A stretch of DNA of 63,027 bases, filler included, from Choristocarpus tenellus KU-1152 (Eukaryota; Protista; Phaeophyceae): assembly GCA_964200185.2 (NCBI GenBank). It is 13 parts of 13 records of this genome, joined end to end, with 100 filler letters (N's around TTAATTAATTAA, not from the genome) between each part and the next. Parts side by side here need not be neighbours in the genome. Positions count along the whole stretch, not along the records: positions 11,832 to 16,352 come from CAXNAD020014177.1; positions 16,453 to 24,193 come from CAXNAD020005651.1; positions 24,294 to 32,487 come from CAXNAD020005016.1; 10 more parts are not named here. One strand, 5' to 3'. Both the position numbers and the translations under genes were made by a program. The notes under the pieces are model-generated. The model was not told where the DNA came from. It saw only the letters and a program-made list of their open reading frames with translations, and made no database searches. This document shows, in pieces, positions 13,085-32,480 of the stretch. Each line of letters starts with the position of its first letter. Position 1 is the stretch's first letter.

Positions 13085-13193
13085 TAAGTTGTTTAAAGGA
13101 TGTAAAGCTCGAACCAAAATCGTGTAAAGCAAACCAACATCTGTATCCATGAAGTACATCTATAAACTTTTTAGTAGAAATAAGCTCAACATT
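13085..13193 (-). pseudogene. Decayed fragment of a bacterial EAL-domain (c-di-GMP phosphodiesterase) gene
   Basis: Minus strand reads NVELISTKKFIDVLHGYRCWFALHDFGSSFTSFKQLNL, the EAL loop-6 region (GC.FALDDFGSGFTSF.QL) with single-base substitutions. Confidence 0.75.
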
Positions 13194-13999
13194 TCAAATC
13201 GCTGGACTCTGGGTCCAACTGAACTTGGGTTGCTTGTGCTGGTAGAAAAAATGGGAGAAGCCTGGCAGCTAGGGAAAAGATCACGACAATACAACGATCA
13301 ATATCCTTATCTTTAGTCTTATATTATCGCAGACGTGACGATTTTTTGTCTGGACTGTGTGAACTCTATGGATAGAAGGGCTGCCTGTAAGCGTTTATCC
13401 TCGCCTAATGACGAGAGACCATATACATGCCAAGCAACTGGGCAACTTTTTCCTTTGACTGTTGTTCATGGTGGAGGAATTTAGGCATCATACATATTTG
13501 GCAATAGTGCGTGAAATATAGTGTGGAAATTGTGGAAGTCTTGAGCAATTGTTGAAACTTGCCACAAGATGCAATGCTGAGATATCACAGCAAGGCAGTT
13601 TGATTTATACAAGTGGTGTTGTGTGGGTAGGCGAGTCAACATCATTCCAAGAACCAGGTGCTGATGAGAATTGTCGACAGGCTGTGGTGTGGACGCAATG
13701 TGGTAGGAGGTCTTATCATGCTGGTAGGCATATCTAAAGGAATAAAAGTCTGTTTAACAGATAGATAATAATAGTAAATTTACTAGAACACTAATCAACG
13801 CCATAAAAATCTTTGACTAGGGATGCTGCAAGTCCTACAATGAACAGTCCTCAAAGGATTAATGATCCTTAGCTAAAGATGATCATAATTGGATCGAATT
13901 CTTGGGACCTGGCCATCATAGGTTCGAGAGTCAAGCATGTGGTTTGACTGTATGAGGTGGCTACGAAACTGTGGAGCTTGTTGATGTCCAGTTAGTGCA

Positions 14000-16352
14000 C
14001 ATGGCCACCAAGATCAGCTAAGCAGTAGACGAAGAAGTCCCTACGATGTCTGAAGGGGGGGGTGAGGTTCCACCCAAAGAAGACAGCTTGGCTCTCTCAA
14101 CATGTGTGCTGGGTGTTGAGGGCCCAACAGAACCTAGTTGATGAGCATGTATGCAAGTTTCTGAAAGTGAGACGCTAAGTGTGTGGGTGATGATGCTAAG
14201 TGTGCCGGAGACCTCGGACGCAGGAATGCCACAACGTTTTAGTGAGTACCTCAGACACAAGTGGAGAGAAGATACGGACAAGGTTCTTCTTGCCTCCCTG
14301 CACGAAATCGCAGGTGGGAATGAGGGACACGAATGGGATGACATGAGAAACCGCGACGATATGTACAAGGTTGCCAGATGGGGTCAGAGTCTACGGCTTT
14401 GAACTGGCGAAACCCCAGCAGAGCAAGTTCCTATTAGTCTATGGCTTAGAACTGCAACTTGACGAACTAATTTCTTGAAGGAGGTGAGTTGAAGGAAGGC
14501 CCATAAAAGTTATGCCTGAAACTATTCTTACCACTCCAATTGTTCTTACTGTTACAGGTCTTATCCCTCTTACTTTCAAGAAGAGAGTGATGATGGTTGA
14601 GGTCATGATACAAGTGTGAAGGACTTCTACAAGTTCAAGCTGGTGAAACGATATGCCCAGAAATTCAAGAATATGAGGATATCGTTACTGTAGAAGGCCT
14701 CAAAGAGAGACTTCTTGACAGGAATCAGACAGAGAATCAGTCCAAGAAAGAGGATTCAGGAAAAAGATAAGTCAGCAGACAAGAGAAACCTGCAATTACT
14801 TGCTTCAGATGCGGCTAAAGAGCCTACAAGGAAAGGCAATGTAAATCTGTCATCCCAGTGCAAGTAGATCACAGGAAACATCCTGAGTTGTTCCTAAGCA
14901 GAGGTCACAAGCTTCTGCTGGCGGGTCCAGGGAAGTGACGACAGATATCCCGTAAACGTCCAGAATGCCCAAGTCGCACTCAAGAGTATTGGGGCCATCA
15001 AGGTCAAACGCTAAAACCTCCCACTTGATTTTGGAAAAGTGGGACAAGTCTGTCCAAGTTAGTGGCACAGAGTATGAAGATACTCACCGCTTCCTCCTGA
15101 TCCCGCCACAGGAATGCACTCTATGCCAGCTTCTGAGGCTCTTATGTCACTGCAACAAAATGAAGTGAGTGATGAAGTGAGTGATCTGACCCCAGTCGGC
15201 AACGACATGACAAATAAGAGTGCCAAAGCCCTGTTCGGCAGTCATTACAGAGGAGTTGCACACCAACGTCAAAGACACATCATGGAGCCATGGTAGTGTC
15301 TCATCCTCCCTCCCTGCCTATTGAAGTTGTCAACAAAGTATGAATCCAATACACATGACTATCCACTTAAGGCCCTTGGGGTTGAGGAACCAAGTTTTTG
15401 CAATGATACCTGGCGCCATGATATGATCATTTTTTGCAACCACACTATCTCAGAAGACCTTCAGATTGACGTACAGAATCTTTTTCAAGAGGAAACTAGA
15501 GGAATGCAGAATTTTGTATCACTGGCCTTATGTCTGGACATTAATCCATTAACAAGGTTCGTGTCAGTGTGGAAATCATGCAGGGGAGTAAGAGCATTTC
15601 TGATGACAAGACAAATGAGGAAGACTCTGGGCATTTGCACGGGGGAGTCCTTGAGCTGCTGATGGCTTCAGATGACAAACCCCTGAAATGTGGAATTGCT
15701 TGCTGTTGAGACAGTACCAGCAGATAACCTACGTGACAGACTATTCTACAGAATCTGAGAGAGATCCTAGACCGTCATGTTGAACGCATGAGAGTAGTCG
15801 TGAAAGTTGGAACTACTACTATCACGGAAAAGCTTGAACATGACTGGCTTGGTATATTTGTGGGTGACTCATGACCCTGGGGATGTTGCTGCTAAATCCA
15901 CAGTCCGTTTGAGCAGCCCTGCCATGCCAATGTGGAAGCCTGGCTATTGGGGATTTCGTTTAGTGACAGACTACAGTACTGTGAACAACAAGATAGGAGG
16001 ATATCCCTTTCCCATGCCCAACCTGGAATCCATAATGGCAAAACTTCAGGAAGCTACATTGAACCTGTTCGAAGGTTACTCTCAGTTTCCTCTGTTCTAT
16101 AACCGACGGCCTCCTCCATCGGGACTCCCCCTCCAATCGATGTAATACTAGCCTTGAGAACTTAGCACAGTTCAATAATATAGAAGACGTACTTCGAGAA
16201 GAGCGGAGTATGGTGACACGACACTTACAACACCAGTTGAAGAAGGTGGAGAGGTGGTCGAGTCTGATGATGAAGATGACAGAGGGGGGGTTAGCAGAAC
16301 CGCGCAACAGGGGGCACCATCTGGCCGAAGATAAAAAAGACTGATTCCATTG
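14000..16352 (+). mobile_element. Degenerate Ty3/Gypsy-like LTR retrotransposon internal region; RT fragment ~15900-16110
   Basis: WGFRLVTDYSTVNNKIGGYPFPMPNLESIMAKLQEA..LFEGYSQFPL matches RT motifs RL..DY..LN...P.P....L....GY.Q. Upstream frames are broken; left boundary approximate. Confidence 0.65.
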
Positions 16353-16452
16353 NNNNNNNNNNNNNNNNNNNNNNNNNNNNNNNNNNNNNNNNNNNNTTAA
16401 TTAATTAANNNNNNNNNNNNNNNNNNNNNNNNNNNNNNNNNNNNNNNNNNNN

Positions 16453-22314
<5,862 letters not shown>

Positions 22315-22902
22315 CTGCCAAAAAGGTGTATTCAAAAGCATTGTCTTATGTGCAGCGTTATCTATTAACAACCTCTCTCCGAAATGTAATCAAACAGGTT
22401 CTCTAAGAAGTAAGGGCATTGGATTGTAACCTACCTTCAACAGGAGTGGCTGCTTCGCGCACGCCAGGCCCTCGTCGTGAACAGGTCCAGTTGTCCTCAA
22501 CGAGTCTTTGATGAAGGCGGAAACAAACTGCTTGAGCGAATATTTGTTGCTGGATGGATCACCACATCTGCTGTGGGATTGATCGCACATACGGTATCCG
22601 AAGACCCCAACCCAACTACCCCGATCCAACCTCCGCCTAACTCTCCAAACTGACAATGATACTTGTCTTGAAATGAATTGGTGATACGTAGTGTGGAAGA
22701 AAGAAGTTGAAAGTAAAATACTCACGATCGATTCTTAAACTTCCCTTTCTCTTCTCCGTTCTCAACAACTACACATTACATTACATTATATATATCTAAT
22801 AATTCCATCCATCATTTTCCAAATGTGTGAGGGAAAACCGAATCGCTGACTCGTCAAGTTACAGAGTGTGGAATGTCTCTAAAATGAGATCGAATGTACT
22901 AA

Positions 22903-22946
<44 letters not shown>

Positions 22947-24364
22947 TTATATTATTATGCCCTCTGACATTATATATATATATATTGAATGACCACCTCA
23001 TCACTCATAACCAGAACCACATAGGCATCACGATATCGTCGTTAGTTATATCGTGTGTTGATGGTATCATGTAACAAGTAAGAAGGCGTTACATATTGAT
23101 GGAGGTCATGGGTTACTTGATATATAAATTAGTAGGGCTGAAAGGGGAAAGAACGTGCTCCAAAGTTGAAGACATGATATTTTATCCACCAACCCATTTA
23201 GTGGAAACTCAGTGCCGGCATACAGTATTTTTTCCTTTATAAGTGTACAGCAATACAACAATATTCCCAAAGGAACAGTGTCGACCCACACACACAGTAT
23301 TTTGCCTCCAGTGATCTTCTAGGAGGCAACAAACAAATCGACCAGAAAACACCCCATCTCACCGTCATTGGCCGTCTACCACTAGTTTATCCTGCAAGAG
23401 CTTGGCACATTCAACGTTACAGGTCCATAACCAGACGATAGGAGTGCAGGATGAGCGCATCAAGTTTTTGCAACCTCTACCTTTCCATGAAACAGGTGGT
23501 AGGTTGCTGTCAAGACTTACGAACCATAGGAGTTATATCAAGAAGAATGGACAGGCAGGAAGAAGGATGGATAAGCAGGAAGTGAAGTAGACTGCAATCT
23601 TGTTCATGGACTGGCTGCTGCATATGTATACAAAATTTCTAGAGGGACGAGGACAGGTTGATATGGATCTGTTTCCAATGGGGAGCTCTGCGGGGAAGAA
23701 TGCAGAGGAGCACAAAGTTGATGCAAAGTACAAGTGGATGCAGAACAGAACACACATAGGGATGTTGATATGGTTCAAATTTCGTGCCTCCTATAAAGTG
23801 GAAGGGTGCACCTTGCACCTCTGTCCATCCAGAAATCCTATTGAAGTGGCTTATGTCCTTGAACAAACAACAGCTGACTATCACATCTCTGTTTGTAATT
23901 TTATTCCTTATGAGGCTCTATGGACAGAGTTAGCTGTTTCTTCTCATTTCATGTCTTCAAGAAAGATGGAATAGTGGGGTGTGACTGTGCACGGCTGACT
24001 CCAGTACCAGAGAAGGGTTTACATCTGGCTCGGAAGCGAGGCCTGCCACATCGTAAGAGGAGATAAAGCGCTCAGTAGGTTGCACAACTTTTATTTAGGG
24101 TAGAAATGAGAAATAGTATATACAATTATCGTTGGCCCAACAGAAGTCCTAGGGGCGGGCATACAGCCAATGCATCCCACCAATGACTGAACCNNNNNNN
24201 NNNNNNNNNNNNNNNNNNNNNNNNNNNNNNNNNNNNNTTAATTAATTAANNNNNNNNNNNNNNNNNNNNNNNNNNNNNNNNNNNNNNNNNNNNCGACTAT
24301 ACAATTTCATTGTGCTACTTGAGATTCACCTGAGAGTACTACTGTTCTGCTGAGCTGACGTGCG

Positions 24365-24700
24365 TTAATCTGTGAATTGGATTTGACTTGTACATCCTGG
24401 AAGGTGAGCATCGAGGGGCGCCTGTAACACTAGCACAACATCATCAACATAAATCAGTATACCCCTACTCGGTCCTAGAGTCGAACACGTTCCCGACTTA
24501 AAGCATTCATATATCCATGGCACGCTAGCAATACCAAAGGGTAGGCGCTTGAATTCGTATTTCCCATTTGGCGCAGCAAAAACATTTTTTTGGCGTTTAC
24601 AGGCGTTGGTGATTGGTAGTCGCCAATAGGCTGAGTGAACATTGAGACATTTGAGGTATTTTGCCCCCCCTGGTGAAAAAAATACTTGCTTTGATGATAA
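24365..24700 (-). mobile_element. Ty3/Gypsy reverse transcriptase remnant
   Basis: SAYWRLPI..FAAPNGKYEFKRLPFGI...ILIYVDDVV contains the LPFG and YVDD RT motifs. Confidence 0.85.
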
Positions 24701-27536
24701 CGGCAAGGAACTTCGTACCAAAATCTTGTTTAGTAAAAGACTTCAGTCTACACAGAATGAGGGAGATCTATGAGGTTTTTGTTCAACACTTCTCGGTTGT
24801 CCATTGCACACCAGCCTCCATGTATCTATTGGTAACCTAATCTTCCTATTCTTCCAAATAGAATCATTACTATAACGACAATCACCACCACATGTTCTAC
24901 TACTGGTATGTAGAACTCAATCATATTGCATCTCTCCACTTAACAGTCTCTTACTTAACCTTCTTTCATAAATAGTTCGCGCACATTCTTGACAGAGGTC
25001 GAGGGACAAAGGCTGTTAAAACCGTTCCTTATAGAATAACCAAAAACAAACAAAACTCGAATATAAGATGGTTAGCCCACCGAATCGAAGTGTTGGGTTC
25101 TTCATCATCTTTAAATGGATGAGAAGAACAGATGGATACATACCAACACAAGGCCAGAGATTGTAAGGTACAAGTAGAAGGTCAGGAATGGATGGGGTGA
25201 GTGAGAGGATACACTACCACATAGAAATACTTCACATATACCCTGCAACCACAATCTTACATCACTACAAATCTTCTTGTCACCTTTTCTACACATACTA
25301 CTACCTGTGTACAATGAATGACAACTATCACACCTACCGACAATCTTGACAATTATGAAACATCTTCGAAGTCACCCAATCAAATCATGTATACATTCAA
25401 GTTGAAACTTGGTCAATCTTCTTCACCTCCCACCTCATACCTACATGTTATTCTCTGCTCTGGATTTATGTATTTATCTTTACATATATATGTCGGATGT
25501 TTTATTCTCTTTGGGAGATGTTAAAAGTGAGTCCTATTACTCATCTCCACATACGATTACCAGTATTGGCTCTTGTCCTCGTGTGAAGGCTCGCCTACGT
25601 GCACACGGAGAGTTGTTCCAAAAATAAAAAGGATGAAAAATAATAAACATAATAGCGCCACCTTTTTGGTCCCTCTCATCTACGAACGATGCAAGTATTT
25701 TAGTTCCTGTCTGTCCATCCATCCGTCTGTCTGCCTGTCTGTACGTTCAAACTACTCATCCTTGTGTGTAGTATAAGAAACAGATAGGCACGGTTCGTAA
25801 ATATGTTAGTTTTCGACGTAACCTCTACATATCAACACAATAAGCCCCCTCAAGAATCACATACACTCAGAGACAAACCTGTTGCGAAAATGTGTGGAGC
25901 AAGAATACTGTCAAGAATTACTGTGTCTCGCTTGCAACAACCATAACGGGCTACTACTGACTTTCTATGACCAGGATGGAGTACTGCAGAGTGCGATGAT
26001 GTGAGTGGGGAACAGGGGGGGGCTGCGAAGAGGAAGAAAGAAGAGGGAAAGCTTAACCAGTTAGTACATACTCTGTTTCAACAGACCCATTAGGAAAGAA
26101 ACAGTCAGGGTTGTGGGTCTGGGTAAACATGTGGAGTCTGTTAAGCTGTACTTGACGATCTGTTGTCCCACACAACCGGTTATACTATTGGTTATTAGCT
26201 TGTATCACAGCTGAGAAGAGAGTGAGACACCATCACTAGATGAGGCTCACCAAGCCTTACAGTAAATTCCTCAGAATATCAAATGATTCAACAGCTCTCT
26301 AGCACTCGTCAGAAACACTCCGACTCTAACATTCCACCAATTGCTTCTGGTCAAATACCCCGCCAAAATATCCATAATGTCCCGCATCATCTTCTGTGCG
26401 TACATAAAATATTACTTCGAATCTTGTTCTCACAAATGGTCAAGCATAATCTTGACAAAGTCTGTGGGCAATATAGATGGAGAATGCCTACCACTAAGCA
26501 GCCACGGGGTGCTTGAGCAACAGCAGCGTGGAGGGCAGAGGGGGGGGCTGCGTGGGGTGTCCCTGACGAAAAGGGGAAGAAAATTCCAGGGGGGGGTTGC
26601 GACTTTCTGTGCAAAATTTCATTGATCGACCTCTAAAAGGGTACATGATGTATAGTTGCAGGGTGTGTGTGTTTTACTTCGACCTTGAAAAGGGTCAAAC
26701 AGGAAATCCTAAATTGTACAAGATACATCACACTCCAGGGTCCTTCCAGACAGCACCAATATAAATGACTTTCTGAGTCAACCCACCTCAAATATGTTAA
26801 GCAAAACTTGGTTGGAGTACGCGTGCAAGGTTAAGGTGGAGGAAGTGTCTGACGATAGTTACAGATATCCACTGCCCTCAAAGAAATGGCACTTGCTAAT
26901 ATCTTAGTTTTCCACTTCTACAACATAAAGCTTTAGATCTCTAGAGCATCTAAGATTGGGAAGAATCTGAGTTTGTGGGCGAGAGAAACTCATTGTGATG
27001 GGTTGATGGACGAGTAACTTACCTGATGTGGAAAATGAAAAAGTCTAGAGGGTGGATTGAAATGGTTAAATTGATGGAGTGGAAGTGAGAACTGGGAATT
27101 CAGCAAGTTAACATGAATGGGTGACTGTGAAATTGAGGGCTAAGGATGATTGATGGGTTAGGGCTTCAGTATTGAAATATTTGAGGAAGGGCTATAGGTG
27201 CAACTGGAAGGTAAATTTGAGTCATTTTCCCCACCCACTCACCCTCTGGATTACTCATAATCGAAAGGGGTGATAGGGAGGGCGGGGAGATCAAACTCAG
27301 TTGGGGTAGATACCTTATTCTAGTTCAAAGGCATGGTATGGATACGTATTAATGTGGAGTGTCTTCGATGAAGGTTGACGGCTTTCTTCCAAAATTGGGA
27401 GGATTGGTCTGGGAATTGTAGATGCAAATTGACCCCGTTCATTGGTTTGTGAGTGAACAGGTGGAAATGGGGCGAATTATTTTGAGAGTGGGATACACAG
27501 AAAACTAGTCGCAATTGTTGCGAGTGGACTTAGTGA

Positions 27537-27909
27537 TGTTGAAACACTAGTAAACCCCTGAGCTACCGAGCAGATAGTCAACGCTACTGTCATGGGATCG
27601 AATCTCGGCATGGTTACATGGTTACACATCTGTGAAAAGGCTAAAATACGCCGCCAGGATACACATCCGTCAAAAGGCTAAACACGCCGCCAGGATACAT
27701 ATCCGTCAAAAGGCAAAAACACGCCGCCAGGATACACAACCTAACATTAGTAACACCCCGCCCAAGCTGGTCACTGATTGGAGGGATAGCAACCCACGGG
27801 CGAAACCTCAAAAAGTCTAACAGGTTGCGATCCCCGGGAGTAGCTTTTATTGAAACACTAGCAAACTCCTGAGCTACCGAGCAGATAGTCAGCAGATAGT
27901 GTTTCAACA
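27537..27909. mobile_element. Solo LTR (373 bp) with 5-bp TSD
   Basis: Starts TGTTGAAACACTA and ends TAGTGTTTCAACA (13-bp perfect inverted termini, TG...CA); flanked on both sides by AGTGA (27532-27536, 27910-27914). Confidence 0.85.
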
Positions 27910-30900
27910 AGTGATACGTGTCAAATCCAAATAATATAACCTTTTTTGTATGATAAATTGATTTTTTTCAAAAAATATTATATTTTTGATTTATCATATC
28001 AAAAAGTGAAAAAATTCTGGATGTTTTGATACTCCAATATCGAATATGAAAATTCCTACTTTTGTTTGAAGTTTGATATTGGGTTGATATTGGGTTGATA
28101 TGGGAGGTTAAAAACGACAGAAATTCACCCCCTCTCCTTTCCATTCACCACAACAGATGATGTATGACCTTTCATGCAATGAATAATCTACCACTTACTT
28201 GATATGCGCGTACAAGAAGAGGTGGGTCAAGCGCGATGAAAAACGTGTTTTACGTGTTATTTCAGAGTATTTGTACAAATATATGGTCGAGTTGTGTCAC
28301 TCACCCGAGGCCTACAGTTTATGGTGCTGTGTCTCTTTCGGGTGACACAAGCAAGGTGGACATAATCTAAGAGAGAAAAAACAAATTGCCACATACCACT
28401 CTTCCCTGGCCCATGTAGATAGAGTACGTGTTGCCAGGAGAGAAGAACGAGCACTGAGATGCAGGTGAAGTGACCTGTGCAGGTAAATTTTCCCGCCATA
28501 CAACTTACTCAACTCTCCGAAAACCTCCTTTTCATTCACTGACTTCGATATCCTGCTCACAGTGAATTCTAACCAATTGTACTCAAACCTACTCGTTCAT
28601 TCCATCCACACGGTCTTGCAAACTACAATAACAATAGTTTCTATACCAGAGTCTACTCTTAATAATATGTTTTGTAGTTAAGAAATATATAGACCCCTCT
28701 TACCCAACTTTTGGTATTAAGGTAGATTTTTTAGGATCATTAAATGTGTGCTGTTCAAAAAACATTTTGAAGTATTGCTTGTAAATAATAAAGATATTTG
28801 GAGCAAATTTAAATTTTACTATTTTTTTTTAGTTTCTCATCATCAACAGAAAACATGTCAAAAGTTTGAAGAGACCGAAAAATCTGTACAACATGCATTT
28901 TTAGAATATCAAATATCATATTTATATCAGCCTTTTGCTCTCCAATATAATATCAAAACTCAAATCACTCTAATTATTTTTGAGATCTATGGTTAGAATG
29001 GATAAGAATGGATGTAAGGAATTGGTTGCATGTATATGTAAGTGGAGTATGATAATTTTGACAGAAAAAGGGTTAGGGTTTGTTTATGATTGGGTAATCA
29101 TTGAAGAATTTATCCAGATTTTTTATTGTAGTAGTGACAGAAGAAAGAGAGGAAAAATATTTCATGATCTATTTGAACTTCTTCCTACTCCCTAACCCTT
29201 GTGGTGGAGTATCCACACCTAGACTAGAGCCAGCACCAAGGTTGACCAACTGAAAGGCAACACAGAGTTCACCAGAGAAGCGAAGTGTCTGTGGTGATGT
29301 GATGGAATTTTTGGATGCCTAGCAAAGGGATTAACTGCATCAGGGTGCAATTGATCAAGGGCCTATGATACAGAAGACATCCAACTAAATAAACATCTGC
29401 CCGGAAACTTCAACAAAGCGGCTCCATACGGAACTTTCAGTGACAAAGCTACTTCCATTGTACTCAAGACGTTGGAGAATAGAGCGTCTCAGGCGTTCCT
29501 GAACTCTATTTCCTAGGCACAAGGATTAGCTTCCCTTTTCAGGGTCTGAGTTCCAGCTCACTCTTCAAGATTGGGTCGCCTATTGATAGCTGGGCAGGAT
29601 CATAAGCCAGGTTCGTGAACCAGCAAGAATAGAATGAGGAAGGTGTAAGCTACGGGACCCAGCCATAAGAATTTGATTGACTGGGTACGTCATTTAGAGC
29701 AGATATTTGTAAGAATTGGATAGCTTCGCTACTTGCAAATCCTAAGTGTTACATTTTTTTCCAGGATACATTTACATGTTCCAGCACTGGTAGCCATCAA
29801 TCCTCGCTTCACAACCCCTTTGCAAAATGCTCGCGCAGGGGTTGGTCATGGGAAATGGGCACAGTCAAGGAAATCAACAATATAGACCTACCTGGAGGGT
29901 GAGTAGCAAGTCTTTTGATTGGCCCGACCACGTGTTTCTCCTCTGTGTGCGCCGTCGGAAAGGCTTATCTGTACAGTGTTGCGTTTGACTAGAGTACTAC
30001 GTCTCCTCATGATACTATTTTGGTGTGGGGTGGTGATATATCACATTGAAGGAACGGTAAAGCCTGGCGGTTAACCTGATGCGCCTACATCAGACCTGAA
30101 CTCTCACGCAGTTGGCCAACCACATCTATCACGCCATACATTTGTGTCACACCATTGCCGAGCAACGATCTAAAGTATCTTCTGCCTCACCCTTGCAACG
30201 AACTACCCTCAGATGCAACATATGGCTGCAAGCGAGAGGAATGGTGCTCAAAGAACGTACAGGCACGATAATGAGGAAGAGGTATGGGCACTGGGGTGGG
30301 TGGAGGATATCTCTGGGAACTCTACCACCCCTTCCACGGGCGATTCGCAAAGTCAACTTTCTCTTCACACTCCATCAAAGAGGTGAGCTAGAGACCATTT
30401 TTTAATTTTTTCAGGTGCTTGCATAAGTCGCAGGCGGAATCTATCTGTTGGACTTTGTGCAAACAGCCGTTCCCCACTTCTCGAAATTTCGCTTGAGTGA
30501 TTGAAGTCATTGTAGCTGGGGAGGGAAGACGAGGGAGCATCCCTCACTTTTGCTTTCATCTAGGTTGAATAGGGTGTATGACTCCAAGACCCAAAACCTC
30601 CAAATGATACAAAACTTGACCTTGTTAATGTTTAGTCCCAAGTTATGTACAAGTCTGTTTTGTGTAAGTCGGTAAGTCCACAGAATATGGCATGATAAAA
30701 CGTAACAGTAGACAGCAGGCAAACTGTAGAGTCGATGGAGTGATTGGTGTAAGCAGCAGCAGCAGGATAAACTGAGTATTTGGAGGGCCATTCCTTACTG
30801 CAGGTGGAATGAGATCAACCTACCCTGCTCCGACAATTGTGTCTTGCAAGGCAGTATGTTCCAGAATTTCTATGGTTGCACTCATAGAGAGATCTTTTAT

Positions 30901-31108
30901 TTTGAGTAAGGGTTAGGGTTAGTAAAGGATTCGCATACTCACATACATTTGTACAGAGGTGGAGACACATGCACACACCAATGATTCATAATCCTTATCC
31001 TGAAAAAGCCTTATCCATCTCAAACCTGCCTAGTCACAAGTATTACCGCTACCATTGCTGGTGTGATTGTTGATCCTCTTGTCTTGCTCTTGTCTTGCTC
31101 TTGTACAG

Positions 31109-32224
31109 GCGCCGAAGCAAGAATAAGGCACTGTCTCCAGAAGTTGAGGAGTTCTTCGACAGCATGGAGGATAACATCCGACGGAAGCAGGTGTTCTACG
31201 GGACTCTCCCTACTGCTTTATGTCAAATGGCATCTGGACTCTTTTACATGTGCCTTCTGTATCTTATGCACTGCATGTACTAAATATTCTGTGATGTGAT
31301 GTGGTGGATATGGTTGTTACAGGGCAAGTGTCTAACTGCTAACAAGCTGCGGTGAACCAAAGCGAAGCATACAAAAATACACTTTCCCCCCTCCCCACTC
31401 TGCTGCCCTTTATCTCTAACACCTGCGGTTAGACCCTTTCCCAGCCAATATGATAAGTGTATGTGATTGCGTCACATTTCCCACAAAGATATACCCAGGC
31501 TGCTCTCCCTCTCATTCCTCTCCTCTCTCTTTTGTCTCGCCCACTTCCTAGTCTCTCCTCCTTACGCCAAGTCTCCATTTCCCCTTCCCAATGACCCTAT
31601 CTGTCCGCCTGGGTTGTCCCATGCACACTGCACACACTGCCTTATCGTAGAACGGTTCTTCCAAGAGTCTGCCAGGCCCAGAACCAGAGCCCCTCCAGTG
31701 GTCCAATTTCATTGGTGGAACATTGAACCATGTCAGCAGGGAGCACAAGCCCCACTACCTCTTCCGTACCACCCCTTACATGGATATAAAGATCCTATAC
31801 TCCTACATGAAGAAGTGAGTGCCCTTTGGAGTCTTGGTCTCACCAACCTTTTTGTGCGTGTTTCCTTCTTGCCTGAGAGTATACACTACTCCTTGCAAGC
31901 AGCGAGGGAGTAGGTGAAGTCCTATCATGCTTCCTTTGTGTTTTCATACCTTGTCAGGACATTCAGCCTGATGCAGAGTACAGTATCAGGACTATGAATG
32001 ATATCGCTGGGACTGCTGTTGTGTGCTCCACTATCTAGGGGGCAATGTGCTCTATCTTTGTACCCCTTTGTGACTTTTGAATTTTGACTTTAGACTGTAT
32101 ATTTTTGTTTCACGACAGGAGTGCACAACGAGCTGCCAAGCTCCCCATCAAGAGGCGTAACAGCACCTCCAGTGTGGAACTGTGCCTGCTGATAGATGAC
32201 CTGGATGTACAAGGGATGATTAAG
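31109..32224 (+). CDS. Partial gene, possibly cyclin-Y-like N-terminal region. Exons 31109-31190, 31958-~32022, 32119-32224
   Basis: Splice-bounded frames RRSKNKALSPEVEEFFDSMEDNIRRKQ and SAQRAAKLPIKRRNSTSSVELCLLIDDLDVQGMIK. The latter resembles the cyclin Y motif S.ST......PD....IK. The middle exon donor is uncertain. Confidence 0.35.
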
Positions 32225-32436
32225 GTGAGGAGGCATGTCTCGAGTGTATGTGTTGGTGTATGTATATTGTGTTTATGTCAAGGTGGCCCAATGATGTGCT
32301 GGCCTATCCCAGTCTTTGTAGTTAGGCAGGGAAGTTGGTTCAATCCTCTTGTATTGTGTGCAATATTGAACAGCCTCGATTAGAAATGTATAGGTTCAGT
32401 GCTACTGTTTTTTCACTGTTGTGCATGCCAACCCCA

Positions 32437-32480
<44 letters not shown>

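Noticed and set aside
12930-13127. 65-aa plus-strand ORF MLSSTSRY...
   Set aside because: It is the antisense shadow of the minus-strand prfB and EAL fragments.
6798-13193. Functional link between Ku80 and the nearby foreign DNA insertion
   Set aside because: They are on different contigs separated by an artificial linker.
23980-24194. Possible LTR 3' end on the minus strand (AATAAA...GTCACA)
   Set aside because: Cut by the contig end; no partner terminus or TSD to confirm it.
27635-27737. 36-bp repeats as a mini CRISPR
   Set aside because: Head-to-tail without spacers, inside an LTR-like element.
28990-30900. Coding-like degenerate sequence (similar stretches at 23300-23980, 26700-27500, 39130-41890)
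   Set aside because: Probably old TE debris, but I could not recognise a diagnostic motif.
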